Shown: piece by piece, positions 54,085 to 64,000 of the stretch
Layout: every line of letters begins with the position of its first letter
Numbering within the stretch: the stretch's first letter is position 1
Assembly (NCBI RefSeq): GCF_000143415.4
Contig: NW_003314265.1
Coordinates: 3,716,443 to 3,780,442, forward strand
DNA: 64,000 bases
Direction of reading: 5' to 3'
DNA from: Selaginella moellendorffii
Lineage: Eukaryota > Plantae > Lycopodiophyta
Program-made: the position numbers and the translations under genes
The notes under the pieces: generated by a model
Database searches by the model: none
What the model was told of the DNA's origin: nothing
What the model saw: the letters and a program-made list of their open reading frames with translations, nothing else

Positions 54085-55506
54085 GTGGTTCAACTTGCTG
54101 CAAGATTTGATACAGTGCTTTCCACTGAACAATAATCCCCTTAAATAAACCACATACCGTAAGATGGGGAAAACGGATTAATACGAAATCATCCACTTTA
54201 TACTTTATAGGTGGACGATAATGGGAGTTGTAGTGCCATTGTTGTTCCATTTGTATGCAGCCTAAATGCTCGACAAACTCTATTGAACAAGTGGAAGAAT
54301 GTTCGTCAAATATTGATCTCACGATTTAGCATTAGCAGCTCATAGCAATTGCGAAGGTAAACCCAACTCTGTTGGTAATATTGGATCATGACTATATAAG
54401 AGTTTATATGGTGAAGCACCAACAGAACTCTGCACCCCTGTGACATATGCATACCGAAGAGACGGAAAATAACCATCTCAATTCGAATGCTGAAAGTTCA
54501 CATATTCGCAATCATCCCTTTGAATGTCCAAACAAGTCGTTCCACGAAACTATCTAATTGTGGATGATAAGCACTCATGAAAGTGTGGCGTATCCCCAAC
54601 CAAGATGTCAAAACATGAAATGCCTCAGCCATAAATGCGAGACCATTATCCGAAAGAATCTGCTCTGGATAAGAATGCTAGAACACCACTCAATTGAGGA
54701 GGAAGTATCCAAAAACAGTTGTAAAGGCGTTAGTAAGAACACTAACTTCAACCCAACAAGTCAAATAATCAGAAGCAATAATAACATATTCATTGCTAGC
54801 AATCAACCGTGGAAAAAGTCCTATAAGATCAAATACTACCAACTTAAACGGAGAAATTGCAATTAACTCTAACGGTCCTTCTGGAGCATGAGGGGGAGTA
54901 TTACGAATTTAGCATCAAACGCAGCTATGTATATGCTAGATAACATTACATCATATTTCAGGCTAATAGAAATACCTGTGTAACTTCTCGATCACACGAC
55001 GATGTCCCATATGCCCACCTAAAACAAGAGAATTGTGGTAGGCATGGAGAAACCGCAAAATAAAGACAGAAGGCACCACCAGCTGTAAATGACCATTAGG
55101 ATCCGTCCCCACAAAGTAAAGAAGGCCATCTTCAAAGCGTTACTAAGAATACAAATGTCAGAATGGCAAGTCATTAGCAAGTTATACAAGATTCTTAAAC
55201 CCATCTCGAATCCTTCATATCCATGGCTCAAGTTTTTGAGCCTCGCGAACCTCATCAATAAAAGGTAAATCCTGCTCTGCACCTTGCGAACACTGAACGT
55301 CGAGTATAGCAACTGCCGACGGCATAGAATCCTCGTTTAAAAACTCCACAGACGCCGGAATAACAAGCTCATTATAAATATAAGAAGATAGTGGAGAAAG
55401 AAGAGGAGTTTGAGAAAGGGCATTAGCATTAGCCATAAAACTCTCAAAGCAATGAATAACATCAAAATTATATATCTGAAACTTCAAAACTCATCAAGCA
55501 GAAAAT
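54085..55506 (-). mobile_element. Second, inverted copy of the Gypsy integrase fragment
   Basis: Collinear with 28061-29485, with the same junction to the cassette spacer (GCAGGCAAAAATTTCT). Confidence 0.85.
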
Positions 55507-57767
55507 AGAAATTTTTGCCTGCAATTTTCAATAAGACCTAGATATTAATTGAGAAATCTACAAGTCACCAGAAAATCAACACAAGAAACCATGACACAAA
55601 ACCACACAGGCTTATGTTTATGAAATAGCTATGTTAATCATAGCTTTAGTTCAAATCCTCACCTGTTATGCTTTGGTGTATCCAAAGTTACAGAGGTAAG
55701 ATTAATATGGTTGAATGTCGTATACAAGTCCCTTTTGCTGGCTGAATCACACCTGGACTCCACTCCCTACTGGCCAACATATCCACTTCCTTACAGAATA
55801 TGCTCCAGTAGCACTGGGTAAGCTTTGGCAAAAGTGCCCATCAATCATTCTTCTTGCTGTTATGAGCTTTGTCTTGAGCACAAATGCTTAGTTTCAGCTG
55901 ATCCTTACAATTGTAAATATCTGGAAATATCATCTAGCATTTTGACTTTCGTATTCAGTTTTAACTAGCATTTGACTAATAGACAGGTCAACATTGTCAA
56001 CTCGAATGTCCAAGACTATCTTAACATTGGATTTGCTGCCACATGTGGGACACTCAACATGGGTGAAGTCAAATTCATGGATAACCATCTAGAGGTAGTT
56101 CGTGTGCAACTTGGCAAGCTATCAAATAATATACATACATAGGATGAAGTTCCGGCAAAACCCTGTGCTTGAGCCATTCAGTGATCCTACTACAAGAGCT
56201 ACTAAATATACAAAAGATGACAATTTCTAATCAAGTATTCATATTTTCATGTAAAAGTTAATTCACTAAACTGATAGTATGCTGACATCCTTAACTCCAC
56301 GCACATTGACATGAACATTATGGGTAGAATTGTTGCTCACACTAGGATAAACATTGAGAACATTATAAGTTCTACCATCATGAATACCATGGAATAATGC
56401 TTAGGCATCCTGATATATAACATCCCTACTTCAAGGTTAGTAAAATAGCTTCCAAGGGGTTTTTCGAACTTCTTGTTTCAGGTCTACTGTATTTGTTGAT
56501 CAACACATGAAAGTAACACAAATGGTATTTCTCGAGGTATTGCTTGTTGATTTGTCCTCCCAACGCTACATTGACTTTCGTTGACTCATTTGTAGAATTC
56601 AACATGCGAAAATTTAAACCCAGAGACAGTGTCATAGATCAGCTCACCCCCAACACGACACATACTGCAGTGTGCGGTGTTGAATGCATGTTTAATCCTA
56701 AGTAATTGACAGCTAGTTTCAGCCATAACATCGCTAAGCACAAACCCATCACTTCGAAGAACAAATTTCTTCCGAAAGCTGAAGAGATGTTTGCTGCATA
56801 ATATTGTCATGAAGAATGCGTAATAAACAACCAATGTTGATGTGGCGCTCCACGTGGGTTGGCAGCGCGGTACGTCATCGGCTACCATTTCTTAAGTTGT
56901 TTGGGCAGATCTTTCTCTTGAAAATGCTTTGTTGATTCTCCGAGAAATCACTTTTTTCTAGATCTGTTGCACCAAAGAGCAAGCGATACAAGACTAACCC
57001 AGCAAGCTGGACACCGAATTCCGCACTGGGAGCTCGATCAAGGACCGCCTGTGGCGCGGGCAACAAGAGCAGCTCCCAATCGAAGTAATGACCAGGGAAA
57101 CACTTTTATAGCTCTTGGATCCGGGAGGTGCTGGGACAGGAAGCGCTTCTACAACTCGTGCATCGGGGAATCGAGAGATTTCTCCAGAGATTTCTCGCTG
57201 GTGCTCGCGGCATTCAAGGCTTGCAGCTGGTGCCTCGGGCGGTGCTCAATGTTTCTTTTTGGTTGTTACATCGGCAGATGGAGCTTGTGATTCCCAAGTT
57301 AGGGCAGATGAAAAAGCCCATTCGGAGCCTTTTTCTGCGGAGAAGCATTAGCACAGCAATCACGCAGGGCCGATTGTTTGCGCCACTAGGTAATGTTGAT
57401 ATTAACTTCGCTTTTTACTGCATGGTTTGGTTTGGCACAATGGATGAAAATGGAAAACCAAGAAGCTTGAATGGATTAAAGTACCATAATTGGTGCTTTC
57501 CACACAACTAGGCGGGAGTAAACGATGGTCAAGCAGGGCACAGAGCTCATGGAACATGGATCCTAGGGCAAGCGGCGCATTGCGGGATCGCTCATCCATT
57601 CACGAGGTAAGAATCATCTTTAGCTTGGGTGGATTTGGCGCTGGAGTGTCTTGTTTAGCTCACTCTAGGAGAAACCATTCGGTCTCTCTTGCGACTTCTT
57701 TTGCTTAAGACGCGCTCATATTTTTCTTTCCTTTTCTTGTGTAGCTTAAAAAAAATGCAAGACTCTG

Positions 57768-59538
57768 CTAGCATGCATCGTCAACAACAGCAGCAACTTT
57801 TCTCGTCAAGCTGGGCCTCACCTCCGCACTGTAGAACTTGGCGGACCTCAAGCTGAGAGCCACGGCGATGGCACACCCAAACAAACAGGTGGCGGCCATG
57901 ACGAAGAACGTTTCCCTGTAGCACTTGGCACCGTGGCACAAGAGCGAGGCCTCCAGCGTGTCAGGGCCCCGGTATCTCCTGGCTTGCCGATCGTAGAACA
58001 CACCCGCAACTTCCACCGACAGGACATACGTCCCAATCCCCTTTGCAACGTTTGGGAAGCTCTGGAGAACTCCATAGTGCTTGAGCCCGAAGATCTCCGC
58101 GATGATGGTCGACAGCACCGCCCACTGGCCTCCGGTGGCGAGGCCGATGATGATGGAGCCGATGTACAGCGCGCCGGGAAGGCCCAAGGCGATGAGCAAG
58201 TTGCCGAGCGCTAGAAAGCCGACGACCGCAGCGAACACGAACGGCCGTCCAATGCCAAACTTGTGGAGGAGTATCTCGGACACGAAGCCGCAACCGATTG
58301 CTCCCAGGAAGTCCCAGAGGTTGAGGAGAGCCACGAAGATGTTCATCCTTGCGGTGGAGTATCCCAGGGAGGCGCTCAGCTGGCCCAAGTTGTTGTAGAA
58401 GGTGGACACGGTTCCCAGGCCGCAGGAAGTCGCGATGAGCATGAGCCACATATCGATGCTCAGCAAGGCGTGGACGAGTCTGTAGTCCTTCCCTCTCGCT
58501 GGAACTTGGAACCATCTGTGGATGCCAGCGCCGGAAGCTTGAGAAGGAGAATGGTCGACGACTTGCTGGAACTTCGAACCATCTGTGGATGCCAGCGCCG
58601 GAAGCTTGAGAAGGAGAATGGTCGACGACTTGCAGAGAACTAGGGGTGGAATTCATATCCGCGAGCTGAGCTTCAGAGTTATGACATGGCGGTATGCTTT
58701 CGACAGCACCAGCACTGTTCGAATGTGATCGAATCTTAGCTCGGACAACCAGAGCAACTGGAAGTAGGACGATGAGCAGCATCAAACCAAAGAACACCAA
58801 AGGCACCGAGTCTGGAAGCCTGCTCGGTATGGTCCCCTCGATGACTGTGACGACGAGGAGATAGGCAGCTAAGGCAAAGGTGGTGATGAGGAACGAGCGG
58901 AGAATGGACTTGTCGCTGGACTTCTCGATGACAGGCACGGGCCCGAGGAAGAGGCCAAGCAGCAGATACAGGAACGTAGGTAGCAGCCCCAGGAAGAGCA
59001 GAAAGGAGCGAGCGTGGAACTGGAAGAAAGTCTGGAACACAACCGCGAATGCGGTTGCTCCCAGGCCATTGCTGCCGTCGAGCAAGCTCAGCAGCATCCC
59101 CTGGTGGTGTTTCGGGAAGTTTGTGGCACAGGTGGTCAGAACAGCCGTGACTGCAAAGCCTACGGAGGCGCCGACGAGAAACATATAGAAGCTCATTTGC
59201 CATGCCGGTGGACGAGCAATCTGGTGAGTGATGGCGAGCCAGGCCATGGTGTAGCCGAACAGGTTGAGCAATGCGGAGACGAACATGGTGAGACGGGGGC
59301 CGACTCTCGCATTGAGCAAGCCGGCCAGGAAAGCCATGCTAGTGCCGAGATCCTTGAAGAAGCTGATGGTATTGACGGACTCTTGCTTGTAATGCAGGGA
59401 GATTTTGAGCTCCTGTGAGAACAAGCTGAAGCTGGTGAGCGTGCCTCCGGTGATTGCTATCAGGTAGAAGCCCGAGACTGCGACGATCCAGCGATTGCTG
59501 GCGATGGAGAAGAGTTCCTTGGCCATTGCTAGCGCCAT
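57768..59538 (-). pseudogene. MFS transporter copy 5 (inverted), frameshifted by a 67-bp tandem duplication
   Basis: 58498-58564 is repeated at 58565-58631; the ORF splits into 533-aa and 232-aa pieces. Confidence 0.88.
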
Positions 59539-59953
59539 TGCTGCCAGCTTTGTGGACCGCACAAGGTAACGAGAAAGCTCTTCAGATTCATGGTTTTCAT
59601 GCCTTTATATCTTGTTATAATTGCAGTCCATGTGACGCTCTGACTCGAGCCGTCGCTTGCTCTTTGAAATGGCAAGCTTCTTCAAGCAGAGAGTTTAACA
59701 TAAACTTGGCAATAACGTAGTTTCGTGGCTAAGTTTTCTATGCGCAAGTCAACTAAGTTGGGCGTTGACTGCATTTTCCATATCAGTGACAGATTAGCGT
59801 TCGCATTTGGCCCCAGATGCGAACGCTAATCTGTCATTGCGACGGAAAAGTCTACAAATTGGTCTTGAATGGAGGCGGATCCATGGAAAGTTCGTGCAAA
59901 TCGTAACGTTCTTAAATTCGTACTGCCAAATAGAAATCTTAGTTTTTTGCAAC

Positions 59954-59960
59954 TATATAA
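59954..59960 (+). promoter_or_regulatory. Candidate TATA box of the 2-ODD (TATATAA)
   Basis: About 120 bp upstream of the ATG; conserved in copies 2-5 across both promoter subtypes. Confidence 0.5.
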
Positions 59961-60080
59961 GCAGGGCACTGGGAGGAGACTGATATCCGCATCTCAAAGT
60001 TGAGAAAGCCTAGCATCCAAGCATACATTTCCATTTCCATCTTTCGTCTTCCAAGCTTTCTTGCTTACACAGTCCCATCC

Positions 60081-61249
60081 ATGGCTGGCATCAAGGCATT
60101 TGTTGACAGCTGCAACGGGACACTGTCGGGCGTTCCGGAGAGATACATGATGCCGAATGTCGCTGCCGATGTCTCCCGGTACGCGGTGCTGCCGATAGTC
60201 GACGTGGCGAGCGAGAGCTTCGAGAGGGATCTCGTTGACGCTTGCACAAAGTACGGAATGTTCTACGTAAGTTTTGATGAGGTATCTTTTTCCTGTAAGT
60301 TGTTGTTCTTCTGACTTGCAGCTCAAGAACCACGGAATTCACACCGAGGATGTGATGAGGTGTGCTCTCGAGTTCTTCAACTCGCCCAGCGAGGACAAGA
60401 TGCGGTACTACACCGAGGAGATCTTCACACCTGTCCGCTACTGCACCAGCATGATGCCTTCGAAAGAAGAGAAGCTCGAGTGGCACGACCACCTCCAGAT
60501 GTGGCTCAAGGAAGAGTCCCTCGGAGTGCACCCCTGGCCCGCGTTCCCAGCCAGCTACAAGTCAGTTTCTCGCTCCTTGATTTTTCGTATTGATCTAGAT
60601 TGCTGACGCTCTATATGCAACAGGGACGTTGGATCCGAGTACGCCAGAAACATCTTCAAGCTCGGGAAGAGGATGCTGTTGGTCATGTCCGAGGGACTTG
60701 GCCTCCGCTCAAACCGTCTTCTGGAAGCATTCGCAGACATGGTTCTTCTGACGAGAGCAAACTTCTATCCGGCTTGCCCGAACCCGAGGCAGGCCTTGGG
60801 CATGGAAGGCCACACCGACAGCGGCGGCCTCACGTTTGTGCTCCAGGATGGAGTCGGGGGATTGCAGCTGAAGCAAGGCGAGGATTGGTACAACGTGAGG
60901 CCACTCGAGGGAATGCTGGTGGTCAACATGGGCGATCAGCTAGAGGTACGAGCAGTCGAAAACTTTTTGAGAAACTGTGGATTGATCTTTGTCTTGGTTG
61001 ATTGTCTTGTATCAGAAGCTCAGCAATGGGAGATACAAGAGCATATTGCACAGGGTGATGGTGAACTCGAAGAGCTCAAGGCTGTCCGTCGGGGCGTTCC
61101 TGGGGCCGTCACTAGACGCGGAGATCAGCCCGATTCCAGAGCTGGTGAGCCAGGAGAGTCCGGCAAAGTACCGCAGCAGGACTTATAGGGATTACATGCA
61201 CGAGGTGTACACGGAGCACTTCTCCGGGAAGAATGTCTATGTGGCTTGA
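60081..61249 (+). CDS. 2-ODD copy 5 (inverted), apparently intact
   Basis: Four exons with GT-AG introns; all catalytic motifs present. Confidence 0.9.
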
Positions 61250-61980
61250 GTCTTGGGTAGTCAAAGGTATCAATTTTTTTCTCATTCTCACAAATAAAAC
61301 AATTGCAAGAAATGTTTGCTCACAAGGATCTTAGTTTGATAAGCAAAGATTTTATCACAATATTATATAGAGGTGCGAAATTTCATAGCAAGCCAACTGT
61401 GTGATGCGTAGAAGATTGTAAAAGTTTAACAATCTGGGAGGAAGTCCAGCAATGTATTGTTAAGCAATATAACTTTTTAAAATCGCAATATAAAAGACAT
61501 ACGAAGCTTCTTATTATATAAAGTCTCATCATTTTCTTAAGGCAGCGAAGAAGCTTTGAGGTACCAGAATGATATGACTAAGGTGAAAGTCCTCACCAAA
61601 AGCAGTGGTTTTCCAGCAGGTGTCCATTCTTTCTTTTCATTTTCTTGAGATTTTCAGCTGCCATCCCTCAGCAACTTGAACTTCGATAGATAGTTGAGAA
61701 ATTTTTGCCTGCAGTTTTCAGCAAGACCTACGGGGAGAGAAATCTGCAAGTCACTTGAAGATCAACACAAGAAACCATGACATAAAACCACACGGGCTTA
61801 TGTCTATGAAACAGCTACGTTGGTCATAGCTTGTTGAAAAATATAGTTCAAATCCTAGCCCGTTATGCTTTGGTGTACAGAGGTAAGATTAATACGGTTG
61901 AATGTCATATACAAGTCCCTTTTGCCGGCTGAATCACACCTGGACTCCACTCCCTACTGGCCAACGTATCCACTTCCTTA

Positions 61981-62138
61981 TGCCAAGTGCTACAGGAAAA
62001 CGTTCTTCGTCATGGCCGCCACCTGTTTGTTTGGGTGTGCTCGCCGTGGCTCTCAGCTTGAGGTCCGCCAAGTTCTACAGTGCGGAGGTGAGGCCCAGCT
62101 TGACGAGAAAAGTTGCTGCTGTTGTTGACGATGCATGC
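61981..62138 (+). pseudogene. 3' remnant of a sixth MFS copy, followed by the cassette spacer to the window end
   Basis: AKCYRKTFFVMAATCLFGC...RKVAAVVDDAC fragment fused to inverted spacer at 61980. Confidence 0.85.
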
Positions 62139-64000
62139 ACTCGCAAGAGCGACCGAATGGTTTCTCCTGGAGTGAGCTAAACAAGACACTCCAGCGCCAA
62201 ATCCACCCAAGCTTCAGATGATTCTTACCTCGTGAATGGATGAGCGATCCCGCAATGCGCCGCTTGCCCTAGGATCCATGCTCCATGAGCTCTGTGCCCT
62301 CCATCGTTTACTCCCGCCAAAGTTAAAACCAACGTCATGCTGGAAAGCACCAAATATGGTACTTTAATCCAGCTCTGATCATGTGCAGATACCTTATTCA
62401 AGCTTCTTGGTTTTCCATTTTCATCCATTGTGCCAAACCATGCAGTAAAAAGCGAAGTTAACATCAACATTACCTAGTGGCGCAAACAATCGGCTGCGTG
62501 ATTGCTGTGCTAATCTGCGCGCTTTTTCATCCGCCCTAACTTGGGAATCACAAGCTCCATCTGCCGGTGTAACTGTAACAACCAAAAAGAAACATTGAGC
62601 ACCGCCCGAGCAAGCCTTGAATGCCGCGAGCACCAGCGACGTCTGGAGAAATCTCTCGATTCCCCGATGCACGAGTTGTAGAAGCGCTTCCTGCCCCAGC
62701 ACCTCCCGGATCCATGAGCTATAGAAGTGTTTCCTTGATCATCGATTGGGAGCTGCTCTTGTTGCCCGCGCCACAGGTTGTCGCGGTCCTTGATCGAGCT
62801 CCCAGTGCGGAATTCGGCGTCCAGCTTGCTGGGTTCGTCTTGTATCGCTTGCTCTTTGGTGCAACAAATCTAGAAAAAAGTGATTTCTCGGAGAATCAAC
62901 AAAGCATTTTCAAGAGAAAGATCTGCCCAAACAACTTAAGAAATGGTAGCCGATGGCGTGGCGGGCTGCCAACCCACGTGAAGTGCCACATCAATATTGG
63001 TTGTTTATTACTCATTCTTCATGACAATATTATGGAGCAAACATCTCTTCAGCTTTCTGAAGAAATTTGTTCTTCAAAGTGATGGGTTTGTGCTTAGCGA
63101 TGTTATGGCTGAAACTAGCTGTCAGTTACTTAGGATTAAACATGCATTCAACACCGCACACTGCAGTATGTGTCGCGTTGGGGGTGAGCTGATCTATGAC
63201 ACTGTCTCTGGGTTTAAATTTTCGCATGTTGAATTCTTCAAATGAGTCAACGAAAGTCAATGTAGCGTTGGGAGGACAAATCAACAAGCAATACCTCCAG
63301 AAATATCAATTGTTTTACTTTCATGTGTTGATCAACAGATACAGTAGACCTGAAACAAGAGGTTCAAGAAAAGGAATAACCCCTTGGAAGTTATTTTACT
63401 GACCTTGAAGTAGGGATGTTATATATCAGGATGCCTAAGCATTTTTCCATGGTATTCATGATGGTAGAACTTATAATGTTCTCAACGTTTATCCTAGTGT
63501 GAGCAACAGTTCTACCCATAATGTTCATGTCAATGTGCGTGGAGTTAAGGATGTCAGCATATTATCAGTTCAGTGAATTTTTCATGAAAATATGAATACT
63601 CGATTAGAAATTGTCATCTTTTGTATATTTAGTAGCTCTTGTAGTAGGATCACTGAATGGCTCAAGCACAGGGTTTTGTAGGAACTTTATCCCATGTATG
63701 TATATTATCTGATAGCTTGCCAAGTTGCACACGAACTACCTCTAGATGGTTATCCATGAATTTGACTTCACCCATGTTGAGTGTCCCACATGTGGGAGCC
63801 AATCCGATCTTAAGATAGTCTTGGACATTCGAGTTGACAATGTTGACCTATCTATTAGTCAAATGCTAGTTAAAACTGAATGCGAAAGTCAAAATGCTAG
63901 ATAGATACTTACAATTGTAAGGATCAGCTGAAACTAGGCATTTGTGCTCAAGACAAAGCTCATAACAGCAAGAAGAATGATTGATGGGACTTTTGCCAAA

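Overview
Compact land-plant nuclear DNA. Introns of ~50-70 bp, very short intergenic gaps and the PPR style suggest a Selaginella-like lycophyte (inference). 1-22 kb is a dense run of single-copy genes: a secreted intronless bacterial-style LamG protein, a PLS-type PPR, a small MBD-like/C2H2 gene missed by the ORF track, prefoldin 4 with two GC-AG introns, starch synthase I, an AVT1-like amino-acid transporter, an unknown Ser-rich ORF, an IQD protein and a free-standing AlaX editing protein. 22-64 kb is a segmental amplification of one head-to-head cassette: a 2-oxoglutarate/Fe(II) dioxygenase plus an intronless NFD4/nodulin-like MFS transporter sharing a ~0.5 kb promoter region. It occurs five times (four direct, one inverted) plus a remnant, with intact and pseudogenised members. 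The spacers carry eroded SRP54 and AlaX-3' fragments, a Copia element with 75/88-bp LTRs holding a nested 1.7-kb solo LTR with a minisatellite, a truncated SRP54, a Gypsy-like gag fragment, and two copies of an integrase fragment that differ far more (mostly by transitions) than the genes beside them. All identity counts are from manual alignment of short stretches.
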